Shown: piece by piece, positions 36,042 to 44,777 of the stretch
Numbering within the stretch: the first letter of the stretch is position 1
How the letters are laid out: each line of letters begins with the position of its first letter
Source: Moorellales bacterium
GTDB lineage: Bacteria; Bacillota; DSM-521; Neomoorellales; SLTJ01
Direction: 5' to 3'
NCBI GenBank assembly: GCA_049719955.1
Contig: JBNARC010000002.1
Location: 77,626-141,625 of the forward strand
DNA length: 64,000 bases
Translations under genes and position numbers: made by a program
The notes under the pieces: model-generated
Seen by the model: the letters and a program-made list of their open reading frames with translations, nothing else
Told to the model about the DNA's origin: nothing
The model's database searches: none

Positions 36042-36840
36042 GCCCCGGATCTAGCGGCCGGCCGGACCGCTCCAAACCGAAGTGCAGCCAGCGCCCCACG
36101 GCGGTGCCTATTTCCTCCCCGGCGGCTACCGGCTGGCCGGGTGTCACCCGGACCTCGGCCAGCCGCTCGTAAACCGTTTCCAAACCTCCCTCGTGGGCGA
36201 TCCGCACCGCATAGGCGGTGGAAGCTCCTACCGGAAGCACGTCCACGGTCTTGACCGTGCCGGCCAGGGCCGCCCGCACCGACTGGCCGGGGCGCACCGC
36301 CAGATCTACCCCGGGGTGAAACACTTTTTGGGTGCCCACCGGAGAAGCACTCCAGCCGAAGGGCCGCAGCACCTCCCCCTCCACCGGAACGGTGAGCGCA
36401 GGCAACGGCGGTTCCGAGCCGCCCGGCACCGGTGCCGCGCCGGCTTCCGTCCCGGCCCCGGCCTCCGCCGGAGCCAGAGCGGGCAACTCCGAAGCGCCCG
36501 GCTGTCCCGCCTCCAAGTCAGGACCTCCGCCCAGGAAATAGCCGTAGCGGTCGAAACTGTCCAGCCCCAGATACCGGGCCAGGCGCGGCGTCCAGTCCGC
36601 GGCCGGCGAGGTGAGGTAGAAGGCGGCCCTTTCGCGCCAGGTTTCCGGTACCGGTAGCAACCCTTGCAGAGACAGGTAGGCTACTCCGAAGCAGAGCGCC
36701 GCCGTCCACAGCCGCCAGGTGCGGCGGTACCGCCGGGAAGGTGCCCCCAGATAACCGCGGGGGCGGCTTAAGGAGATGTAGTCCCGCACCTCTTCCCTAC
36801 GGGTTTCTTCCGGCCTGGTTTCCTTTTCCGCCACCGGCAA
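36025..36840 (-). CDS. Membrane-anchored M23/LytM-domain protein with a degenerate active site (SpoIVFA-like architecture)
   Basis: 271 aa. One TM segment (WRLWTAALCFGVAYLSL). FHPGVDL gives the HxxxD motif. The HxH motif reads WLH (GRWLHFGLE). Confidence 0.75.
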   Translation of the reverse strand: MPVAEKETRPEETRREEVRDYISLSRPRGYLGAPSRRYRRTWRLWTAALCFGVAYLSLQGLLPVPETWRERAAFYLTSPAADWTPRLARYLGLDSFDRYGYFLGGGPDLEAGQPGASELPALAPAEAGAGTEAGAAPVPGGSEPPLPALTVPVEGEVLRPFGWSASPVGTQKVFHPGVDLAVRPGQSVRAALAGTVKTVDVLPVGASTAYAVRIAHEGGLETVYERLAEVRVTPGQPVAAGEEIGTAVGRWLHFGLERSGRPLDPGLDLVH

Positions 36841-36870
36841 CCCTCCCCACCTGAACGTCGTGCCGCGACC

Positions 36871-37086
36871 CCGGCGGGCAGGGTTGGATTCCCCGAGTAC
36901 ATTGGAGCCTCGCCGGGCACCGAGCTTAGCGAGGGCAAGCCTGGAGGCGGGCCGAAGGCCACGGATGGCCGAAGCGGCGGGGCGCCATGGACGGCGCTTC
37001 CGCCGGGCGCCCGCCGGAGGGCGAAGCCCGAGCCCTAGCTCGGTCGGCGAGGCGAGAGTACGAGGGGAACCAACCCCGCCCGCCGG
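36871..37086 (+). repeat. Full-length structured palindromic repeat, copy B (216 nt)
   Basis: Closing stem CCGGCGGGCAGGGTTGGATTCCCC / GGGGAACCAACCCCGCCCGCCGG. Core shared with copies at 46864 and 60944 (GAGTACATTGG, TCGCCGGG, AGGCCACGGA, GGACGGCGC, GAGCCCTAG, GGTCGGCGAGG). Confidence 0.85.
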
Positions 37087-37156
37087 ATAACGCGCCTTGC
37101 CCCAGGGGCCTTGCCTCGGGGCCTGTCCGGTTAAATTCTATGCCCCACCGCTGCGG

Positions 37157-38224
37157 TTATGCCTCCCGGTTGGAAACTCCCGCCTCGCCGAAGGTGGCCA
37201 TCTCCCGCAGGATCTTCACCGCCGCCTCCACGATGGGCATCACCAGCGCCGCGCCGGTGCCCTCTCCCAGCCGCAGGTCCATAAAGAGAATGGGTTTGAG
37301 CCCCATGAGCTCGAGCATGACCCGGTGGGCGGGCTCGGCCGATTGGTGGGAGGCCAAGAGGTAGTCCCGCACCGGCGGTGCCAGGCCCACGGCGATCAGC
37401 GCCGCCGCGGCGGAGATGAGCCCGTCCACCAGCACCGCGCCCCGGGCTGCCGCTACCCCTATGGCCACTCCGGCCAGGCCCGCGATCTCCAGCCCTCCCA
37501 CCTTGCACAGGACGTCCCAGGCGTCGCGCGGATCGGGCCGGTTCTCCGCCAGGGCCTGCTCCAGGCAGCGGATCTTCTTTTTGAGCCGTTCGTCGTCCAC
37601 TCCCGTGCCCCGGCCGGTCAGCTCGGCTACCGGAAGGCCGCTGTACACCGCGGCGATGGCGGTGCTGGCGCTGGTGTTGGCGATACCCATGTCGCCCAGG
37701 GCCACCAATCGCGCCCCTCGGCCTACCACCTCCCGGGCCACCTCCAGGCCCACGGCTACGGCCCGCTCGGCCTCCTGCCGGGTCATGGCCGGACCGCGGG
37801 TGAAGTTCCGGGTGCCGTAGGCCACCTTGCGGCTCAACACCCCGGGAATTAACGGCAGGTCCCGGGCCACGCCGATATCTACCACCACCAGCTCCGCCCC
37901 GACGTGGCGGCTGAGCACGCTCATGGCCGCGCCGCCCCGGGCGAAGTTGGCCACCATCTGGGCGGTTACCTCTTGAGGAAAGGCGCTAACCCCTTCCTCG
38001 GCCACGCCGTGGTCCGCGGCCATCAGCACCGCCGCCTTCTTGGGCAACTCCGGCAGGGCCTCGCCGGTGATGGCCGCCAGGTGCGCGGCCAGATCCTCCA
38101 GCCGTCCCAGGCTGCCCTGGGGTTTGGTCAGATCGTCCAGACGGAGGCGGGCGGCCCGGCGCGCCTCCTCGTTTAGCTCGGGAATGCTCGGCAGTTCCAG
38201 CATGCTAGAAACCATACCCCCCAT
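37157..38224 (-). CDS. cobT: Nicotinate-nucleotide--dimethylbenzimidazole phosphoribosyltransferase
   Basis: 355 aa. RLDDLTKPQGSLGRLEDLA signature. The functional start may be the ATG 21 nt inside (MLELPSIP...). Confidence 0.9.
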   Translation of the reverse strand: MGGMVSSMLELPSIPELNEEARRAARLRLDDLTKPQGSLGRLEDLAAHLAAITGEALPELPKKAAVLMAADHGVAEEGVSAFPQEVTAQMVANFARGGAAMSVLSRHVGAELVVVDIGVARDLPLIPGVLSRKVAYGTRNFTRGPAMTRQEAERAVAVGLEVAREVVGRGARLVALGDMGIANTSASTAIAAVYSGLPVAELTGRGTGVDDERLKKKIRCLEQALAENRPDPRDAWDVLCKVGGLEIAGLAGVAIGVAAARGAVLVDGLISAAAALIAVGLAPPVRDYLLASHQSAEPAHRVMLELMGLKPILFMDLRLGEGTGAALVMPIVEAAVKILREMATFGEAGVSNREA

Positions 38225-38235
38225 GTAAGCGTGGA

Positions 38236-38284
38236 TATAAAAGCAAAAGTCCCCAGCCTTGACTCTCGTCAGACTGGGGACTTT
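38236..38284 (-). terminator. Intrinsic terminator forming the riboswitch expression platform
   Basis: AAGTCCCCAG-loop-CTGGGGACTT followed by TTGCTTTTAT on the minus strand, 12 nt before the cobT ATG. Confidence 0.7.
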
Positions 38285-38510
38285 GCCATCGTCCCGGTCC
38301 GCCCCGCGCCCGGCGCGGGTTAATTTCTGGACGGGCAGGTCTCCTGGCTTCCTTCCTCGCCCTCCTTCCCTTCCCCGGGCGGTAGCGGCTAGACTCCGCC
38401 CCGACCGAGTGGGTCCGGCCGGCGGAAAAAGGAGGGCTCCGGTTCACAGTGGCGGGACCGCGCAGGATTCGCACCTGCTTCCCTATTCTCCGGGCCAACG
38501 CCCGGCACCC
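38236..38510 (-). promoter_or_regulatory. Cobalamin (B12) riboswitch
   Basis: Minus strand shows AATAGGGAAGCAGGTGCGAATCCTGCGCGGTCCCGCCACTGTGA core and B12 box AGCCAGGAGACCTGCC (38334-38349). Confidence 0.88.
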
Positions 38511-38570
38511 GCCCAGCTAGGTTGTTCAGAAACCCATATTCTACTTCCCTCCGGTTTTTCCTTCCGCCCG

Positions 38571-39707
38571 CTAGAAAAGCAGGCGACGCTGCCGGAGGTT
38601 AATGCTTATGATAAGACCCAGGGCGGTAAGGTTGGTAAGCATGGCGCTGCCGCCGTAGCTGAACAGGGGCAGGGGGATACCGGTTATGGGCATGATGCCC
38701 ATGGTCATGCCCACGTTCACCAAGAGATGAAAGGTAAAGGTGGAAATAATGCCGGCGATAACCAAACGGCCGAAAAGGTTGTCGGTCTCGGCGGCGATGA
38801 TCAGGGCCCGGTAAAGCAGAAGAAAATACAGCCCCAGAAGGGCGGTTGCACCCACAAACCCGAACTCCTCCCCCACTACCGAAAAGATAAAGTCGGTGTG
38901 GTGCTCGGGAAGAAAGTTGAGCTGCACCTGTGAGCCCCGGCGGTATCCCTGGCCGAACAGCCCTCCGGCTCCTATAGCCACCAGCGACTGGATGATGTGG
39001 TAACCCGCGCCCCGGCCGCCCTGGCCGTCGTTATAGGGGTTCAGGAAAACTACCAACCGCATGATCTGATAGTCCTCCAGGGGCAAGGGCAGGCCCAGGT
39101 GAAAGTGGGCCAGCAGGAGCGCTATTGCCACCGCCAGGCCGCCTCCCACCAGGCCCAACAGCAGCCGCGGGTTGGCTCCGGCCATGAACAGCATGCCCAG
39201 ACAGGTGGCCACCAGGACCAAAGAAGTTCCCAGGTCGGGTTGGCGCAGGATTAGAAGCATGGGCAGGCCTACGTAAGCAAAAACCGGAAGCAGGTCGCGA
39301 AATCGAGCCAGCCGCCCCTGACGCCGGCTAAGGTAGTCGGCCAGGGCTATCACCAGCAGCAATTTGGCGAATTCCGAGGGCTGAAAGATGAAGGGGCCAA
39401 CACCGATCCAGCGTTGGGCACCGCGCGCCCCGGTACCCACCACCAGCACCGCGGCCAGCATGACCAGCGTAGCCGCGTAGACCAAGGGGCCGGTTCGCTG
39501 CCACCGCCGGTAATCCACTACCGCGGCCGCGGCGGCCAGAACGCTACCCAGCCCGATCCACAGGGCCTGGCGCTTGACGTAGATCAGACCGTCCCCCCCG
39601 GCGCCGGCCGAGGCGCTGCCCAGAACCACCAGGCTTGCGCCCAAAATGGCCGCCGAAGCCAGCACGAAAGGCCAGTCCAGATTGCGGAGCTGTTTGCGCG
39701 TAAGCAC
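38571..39707 (-). CDS. rodA: SEDS-family peptidoglycan polymerase RodA
   Basis: 378 aa FtsW/RodA/SpoVE pattern (..PSEFAKL.., ..TDFIFSVVGEEFGF..), downstream of minE. Confidence 0.88.
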   Translation of the reverse strand: MLTRKQLRNLDWPFVLASAAILGASLVVLGSASAGAGGDGLIYVKRQALWIGLGSVLAAAAAVVDYRRWQRTGPLVYAATLVMLAAVLVVGTGARGAQRWIGVGPFIFQPSEFAKLLLVIALADYLSRRQGRLARFRDLLPVFAYVGLPMLLILRQPDLGTSLVLVATCLGMLFMAGANPRLLLGLVGGGLAVAIALLLAHFHLGLPLPLEDYQIMRLVVFLNPYNDGQGGRGAGYHIIQSLVAIGAGGLFGQGYRRGSQVQLNFLPEHHTDFIFSVVGEEFGFVGATALLGLYFLLLYRALIIAAETDNLFGRLVIAGIISTFTFHLLVNVGMTMGIMPITGIPLPLFSYGGSAMLTNLTALGLIISINLRQRRLLF

Positions 39708-39765
39708 GACCGGGCCTCTCCCTCCCGAGAAGCATTATACCAGAAGCCCGGCCGCAAGACAGGCC

Positions 39766-40038
39766 TTATCGACCTGGAACTCTTTTCATCCGCACCACCG
39801 GTATGTTGGCCACCAGGGCCACCGCCTCCGGAGAGTTGCGGAGTTGCACCTCCAGGCGACGGGCGTCCACGTCCATGTACTTGGATACGGTCTTAACCAG
39901 GTCGCTCTTCAGGGCCTCCAGGAAAGGGGTGGCGATGTCCGCCCGGTCGCGAGTTAAGACCGAATGCAGCCTTTCCTTGGCCACCTTCTTGCTGGGCTCG
40001 CTTTCCCGCCCCCACATGCGCTGCCACAGACCCAGCAT
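39766..40038 (-). CDS. minE: Cell division topological specificity factor MinE
   Basis: 90 aa. SKKVAKERLHSVLTRDRADI pattern. Confidence 0.88.
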   Translation of the reverse strand: MLGLWQRMWGRESEPSKKVAKERLHSVLTRDRADIATPFLEALKSDLVKTVSKYMDVDARRLEVQLRNSPEAVALVANIPVVRMKRVPGR

Positions 40039-40060
40039 GCTTCACCGGCTCCCTTCCTAA

Positions 40061-40855
40061 TTACTTCCAACCCACCAGGCGCTTTAGCCGCTGCATGAAG
40101 CCGCCGTGGTCGAATACCGGCATCAACGGAACCTCCTCCCCCATCAGGCGACGGGCGATGTTACGAAAGGCCATTCCCGCCCGGGAGTTCTTGTCCCATA
40201 CCGCCGGTTCGCCCCGGTTGGTGGAAACCACAATGTGGTCGTCCTCGGGGATTATTCCCAGCAGCCGCACCGCCAGTATGTCCAGGATGTCGTCTATGTC
40301 CATCATGTCGCCCCGGCGCACCATGTCCGGCCGCAACCGGTTAACGATAAGCTGGGGTTCTTTTAGCCCCCGGCTCTCCAGTAGGCCGATGACCCGGTCC
40401 GCGTCCCGCACCGCCGAAACCTCAGGGGTGGTAACCACTATGGCCTGCTCCGCTCCCACTACCGCGTTCACGAACCCCTGCTCGATCCCCGCCGGGCAGT
40501 CTATCAGGATAAAATCGTAATCTTGTTTAAGTTTGCGGCACAAGTCCAGCATTTGCTCCTCGCTCACCGCCGACTTATCCTCGGTCTGCGCCGCGGGTAA
40601 CAGATATAGGCCCTCAAGGTGCTTGTCCTTTACCAGGGCCTGGGGCAGGCGGCAGCGGCCCCGGACTACATCTACCAGGTTATAAACGATACGGTTTTCC
40701 AGCCCCATCACCACGTCCAGGTTGCGCAGCCCGATGTCCGTGTCTACCATAACCACTTTTTGCCCCATCTGGGCCAGGACGGTGCCGATGTTAGCCACGG
40801 CGGTGGTCTTACCCACCCCACCTTTACCCGAAGTGACCACAATTACCGTTCCCAA
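40061..40855 (-). CDS. minD: Septum site-determining ATPase MinD
   Basis: Start set at TTG 40855 (GGGGGAGGA SD), giving (M)GTVIVVTSGKGGVGKTT. 264 aa. Confidence 0.92.
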   Translation of the reverse strand: MGTVIVVTSGKGGVGKTTAVANIGTVLAQMGQKVVMVDTDIGLRNLDVVMGLENRIVYNLVDVVRGRCRLPQALVKDKHLEGLYLLPAAQTEDKSAVSEEQMLDLCRKLKQDYDFILIDCPAGIEQGFVNAVVGAEQAIVVTTPEVSAVRDADRVIGLLESRGLKEPQLIVNRLRPDMVRRGDMMDIDDILDILAVRLLGIIPEDDHIVVSTNRGEPAVWDKNSRAGMAFRNIARRLMGEEVPLMPVFDHGGFMQRLKRLVGWK

Positions 40856-40869
40856 GCGCAGTCCTCCCC

Positions 40870-41298
40870 CTAGCAAGCCTTACCATCTGTAAAGCCGAAA
40901 TAGGGTTCGATCACAATTAGACCTTCGCGAATGCGGGCGACCTCCGGCTCTTGGGGCTCGCCGGCTTCGTCCGGGCTACGGCTGATCAGGTGCGCGATCC
41001 GAAGCTGCGTGGGCTGAAGGCGGTAGGCCACCACTACCGCCCGCTCGTCCCCCCAGGCGCCGGCGTGCACGGTGCCCCGCAGGCTACCCAGCACCATTAC
41101 GTGACCCCCTGCCTTTACCTCCGCGCCGGGGTTAACGTCTCCCAGTACCACCACGTGGCCGGGGTAGGTTACGCTCTGCCCGGAACGCAGGGTCTGCTGC
41201 ACCAGCAAGGTATGCTCGGACACCGCCGTGCCCGGCTCCGGCCGGAACCCGGACGGCACGGGGCCTTTTCCTGCCGGCTCGAGGGGGAACTTAGGCAT
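40870..41298 (-). CDS. minC: MinC, C-terminal beta-helix domain only (142 aa)
   Basis: Start set at ATG 41298 (GGGAGG SD). TLRSGQSVTYPGHVVVLGDVNPGAEVKAGGHVMVLGSLRGTVHAG is the MinC C-domain. Confidence 0.8.
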   Translation of the reverse strand: MPKFPLEPAGKGPVPSGFRPEPGTAVSEHTLLVQQTLRSGQSVTYPGHVVVLGDVNPGAEVKAGGHVMVLGSLRGTVHAGAWGDERAVVVAYRLQPTQLRIAHLISRSPDEAGEPQEPEVARIREGLIVIEPYFGFTDGKAC

Positions 41299-41374
41299 GG
41301 CCAAACCTCCCGGAGCCAAAAATTGCTGCTGGTTTGATTTCTACGCCCGCCGCCCAATTCCTGCCGCCCGCCGC

Positions 41375-43495
41375 TTAATTCCTCGGAACTTGCGCTCCGG
41401 TAGCCCCCTCGCCCGCAGCCCCTCGGGTTCCGGCGGCGCCGGCCGCACTCTCCGCGCCGGCAGTCGCCTGCTGATCCAGGCCGAAGTAGGCGCGGAAAAC
41501 TTCCCGCGCCACCTTGGCCGCCGAGCCCGCCCCGGATTCGCCGTACTCCACCAGGATGGCCACCGCGATCTCCGGCCGGTCGAAGGGGGCGAAGCCCACG
41601 AACAGGCCGTGGAAGTCCTTGCCGGGGTCATCCCCGCCCAGCCCGGTCTGGGCGGTACCGGTCTTGCCCGCCACCTGGATCGAGGGCGGGAAATCGGCAA
41701 ACAGCGAACCCGCCGTACCTCCCGGCAGGCATACCCGGTGCATCCCTTCCCTCACGGCCGCCAGCACTTCCGGGTCTAAATTCACCTGGTGCACCAGGTA
41801 GGGGCCGAACTCGGCTACCGTCCGCCCTTCGGCGGTGACCAGCCGCTTTACCAGGTAAGGCTGCCAGCGCCGACCGCCGTTGGCCAGGGTGGCCACGTAA
41901 TTGGCCAACTGCAGCATGGTGTAGGAGTTGGCTCCCTGGCCTATGGAGAGGTTGAAGGTGTCGAACGGCTGCCACCGGGTGTAGAAGTTGTAGTTGATGC
42001 GGAACTCCGCCTCCAGCAGCCGCTCCTCCTGCTGCTTCTGGCGCTCGAGTTTCTTTTGCTCTTCCGGACCGGCTGCGGCCATAAGCTGCCGGTATTTGCG
42101 CTCCAGGTCCTTGCGCTTTTGCTCGTAATCCCTTTCCAGGCTGGCCGCCCATATCTCCCGTTTCCACTCCGGGGAGGGCAGGAGCCCCGCGCTCTCGGCC
42201 GTAACATCCCGGGCGCCGGTCTTCTCGCCCAGGCCGAACTCCCGCGCCACCTTTACTATTTCGTCAACCCCGGCCAGATACCCCACGTGCTGGAAAAAGG
42301 TGTTGCAGGAAACGGCAAAGGCCCGGTAGAGATCCACCCGTCCGTGGACTCCCCAGCACTTGATGTAGGGCGGCTGCCAGTACCGGCCGGTGCAGGTAAC
42401 GGTAAATTCGGGGGTGATGGCGCCGGAAGCCAGCGCCGCCATGCCGGTAACCATCTTAAAGGTGGAGCCCGGGGGATAGGTGCCCTGCACCGCCCGGTTC
42501 AAGAAGGGCCGAAGCCGCGGGTCCTCGTAATAGGCGCGCTCCTGGGCGTTCAATCCGTCCACGAAATCGTTCGGATTGAGGGCCGGCCGGCTGGCTATGG
42601 CCAGAATGGCCCCGCTACGTACGTCCAGCACCACCGCCGCCGCCCCTCCGGCCTTGGGGTGTTTTTCTTTAACCTGGGCAATAACCTGGTCCAGGGAATC
42701 TTCCAGGGCCTTTTGCACCCGCAAGTCCAGGGTGGTCACCAGATTGGTTCCGGGTGCCGGAGGGATGAGGGGTTGGGGGTCGCCTACCGGCCGGTTGTGC
42801 ACGTCCACTGCCACCTGCTGCATGCCCTTCTGACCCCGCAGCCCGTACTCCTGATCCCCTACCAAATAAGACTCGTAAAGCCGCTCCAGCCCGATCTTAC
42901 CGATCAGGTCGTTCAAACCGTACTGACGCTCGGCGAACTGGGTCAATTCCTCCTGGGTGATCCGGCCCACATACCCCAGCACGTGCCCGGCCAGCGCTCC
43001 GTAAGGATAGTAGCGCACCGGCTCGGTGTTGATGCTCACTCCCGGCAGGTCGGCGCTGTTCTCTTCCAGCCGGGTCACCAAGTCCATGGTGTGGGGTTCC
43101 CCCCAGGGGAGCCGGGCGATTTCCACCGGCTCGTAACGCCGGGGCTGGTTCTTGACCGTCTGGCGGATGCTCTCCGGAGTCAGTTCGGGATTATCCAGCA
43201 GCGCCGCCAGACGTGAAGCCACCTGCCCGATTTCCTCTTCCGATAGACCAAAGGGATTAAAGGAAACCACGAACACCGGCCGGCTGGTGGCCAGCACCCG
43301 ACCGTAGCGGTCCAGGATATCCCCCCGGCGGGCGGGAATGGGGATGAGGCGGGTGCTGTTAGCCTCCGCCCGAGCCTGAAGCGCCCGGCCCTGCAGGATC
43401 TGCAGGTCGAAGAGCCGGAACACCAGTACGGAAAAGATGACTATTAGAACCACCAGGAAGGCGGTAAGTTTTTGGTCCAGCTTACGCTCTTCCAT
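41375..43495 (-). CDS. mrdA: Penicillin-binding protein 2 (elongasome transpeptidase)
   Basis: Start set at ATG 43495 (GGGGAGG SD). STFK, SCN and KTGT motifs present. Confidence 0.9.
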   Translation of the reverse strand: MEERKLDQKLTAFLVVLIVIFSVLVFRLFDLQILQGRALQARAEANSTRLIPIPARRGDILDRYGRVLATSRPVFVVSFNPFGLSEEEIGQVASRLAALLDNPELTPESIRQTVKNQPRRYEPVEIARLPWGEPHTMDLVTRLEENSADLPGVSINTEPVRYYPYGALAGHVLGYVGRITQEELTQFAERQYGLNDLIGKIGLERLYESYLVGDQEYGLRGQKGMQQVAVDVHNRPVGDPQPLIPPAPGTNLVTTLDLRVQKALEDSLDQVIAQVKEKHPKAGGAAAVVLDVRSGAILAIASRPALNPNDFVDGLNAQERAYYEDPRLRPFLNRAVQGTYPPGSTFKMVTGMAALASGAITPEFTVTCTGRYWQPPYIKCWGVHGRVDLYRAFAVSCNTFFQHVGYLAGVDEIVKVAREFGLGEKTGARDVTAESAGLLPSPEWKREIWAASLERDYEQKRKDLERKYRQLMAAAGPEEQKKLERQKQQEERLLEAEFRINYNFYTRWQPFDTFNLSIGQGANSYTMLQLANYVATLANGGRRWQPYLVKRLVTAEGRTVAEFGPYLVHQVNLDPEVLAAVREGMHRVCLPGGTAGSLFADFPPSIQVAGKTGTAQTGLGGDDPGKDFHGLFVGFAPFDRPEIAVAILVEYGESGAGSAAKVAREVFRAYFGLDQQATAGAESAAGAAGTRGAAGEGATGAQVPRN

Positions 43496-43497
43496 AC

Positions 43498-43944
43498 CTA
43501 AGGCCTCCCCGGCCGATAGAACGCCCAATACACCGCCAGCCCCACTACCACGTTGACCAAGCCTTCCGGCAGCAGGTGAGTCGGCGGCCAGGGGAATCTC
43601 CCCCAGAGGGCCAGAACGCCGGCCAGGGTATGGCCCACCCCCTCCATCAGGGTAGCGGCCAAAACGGCCAAGGCCGGCAGCAGGGGGTGCTCCTGAAAGA
43701 AGTGGCGGCGCGCCTCGCCGATAATGAAGCCGATCAAGCCCTTAACCAGGGCGTGCAGGCCCGGGTAGGTGCCGGCCAGAAGATCCTGGGCCAGACCGTA
43801 GCCCACCCCCACCAGGGCGCCCCGGCGGGACCCGCCGAAGAGCGCCTCCAGCACCGTGCCCACCAGTAGCAGGTCTGCCGGCGCCCCTAAGGCCAGAGCT
43901 CCCAGCCCCACCAGCCCCAGCGCCGCAATTCTTACCAGAAACAC
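43498..43944 (-). CDS. mreD: Rod shape-determining protein MreD
   Basis: 148 aa hydrophobic protein between mreC and mrdA. Confidence 0.8.
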   Translation of the reverse strand: MFLVRIAALGLVGLGALALGAPADLLLVGTVLEALFGGSRRGALVGVGYGLAQDLLAGTYPGLHALVKGLIGFIIGEARRHFFQEHPLLPALAVLAATLMEGVGHTLAGVLALWGRFPWPPTHLLPEGLVNVVVGLAVYWAFYRPGRP

Positions 43945-43945
43945 C

Positions 43946-44773
43946 CTAAGAACCTCCGTAGCTTCGAACCACCATCACTTCTTCCAACCGGGAGAAATCC
44001 ACGAAAGACTGCACCACCGCCCGCTGCATCAGGCCGCTGGGCTCCGGGCTAACCTCCAGGATGTAGCCGATGCGCAGCCCCGGGGGGAGTCCCCCTCCCA
44101 GGCCCGAGGTCACCACCACCTGGTAGGGCTCGACCTTGGCCGCGTAGGGCAGGTGCAGCATCTGCAACCGCCCCCGGGCATCGCCCAGGCCTTTAACCAC
44201 CCCCGGCAGCCGCGACTGCTGAATAAGAGCGCCGGCCGCCGCCTCCCGGTCGGTCAAGAGCAACACCTGGGCGGTGGTAGGGGTGACCGCCAGCACCCGA
44301 CCCACCAATCCCTGGTAATTGATCACCGGCATGTCCTTCTTAACCCCGTCCCGGGTCCCCCGGTCAATGGTTACGGTACGAAACCACCGGTCCGGATGCC
44401 GGCCGATCACCCGCGCGGCCAGAAGGTCGTACTCCGGCCACTCCTCCTGAAGCTGTAGCAGGAGCCTCAGCCGCTCGTTCTCCAGCCGGTATTCCTCCAG
44501 CCGCGTGTTCTCCGCCCTGAGCCGCCCCAGCTCTTCCCTAAGGGCCCGGTTTTCCGCCTCCAGTTCCCGATAACGAAAAAAAGCCCCGGCTAGGGGCTCC
44601 AAGCCGTCTTGCAGCCGGACCCAGCTTCGGCCGACCGCTCCCACCAGCTCTCGCACCCACACCTCCGGGGCGGTCAGAGCCGGCCTTTCCAACCCCGCCG
44701 CCCGGGCCAGAAAAAGGCCGGCGGCTACCAAGAGGAGGATCAACGCCGCCCGCGCCCGGCCCATCGGGCTCAC
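43946..44773 (-). CDS. mreC: Rod shape-determining protein MreC
   Basis: 275 aa. Coiled-coil ELEAENRALREELGRLRAEN followed by the beta domain. Confidence 0.88.
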   Translation of the reverse strand: MSPMGRARAALILLLVAAGLFLARAAGLERPALTAPEVWVRELVGAVGRSWVRLQDGLEPLAGAFFRYRELEAENRALREELGRLRAENTRLEEYRLENERLRLLLQLQEEWPEYDLLAARVIGRHPDRWFRTVTIDRGTRDGVKKDMPVINYQGLVGRVLAVTPTTAQVLLLTDREAAAGALIQQSRLPGVVKGLGDARGRLQMLHLPYAAKVEPYQVVVTSGLGGGLPPGLRIGYILEVSPEPSGLMQRAVVQSFVDFSRLEEVMVVRSYGGS

Positions 44774-44777
44774 CTTC

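Noticed and set aside
36860-37090. Similar Arg-rich 'proteins' predicted inside the repeat copies (36860..37090, 46858..47196, 60881..61126).
   Set aside because: Their similarity only reflects nucleotide conservation of the repeat. They have no SD, start at arbitrary alternative codons, have low-complexity composition, and occur on different strands relative to the element.
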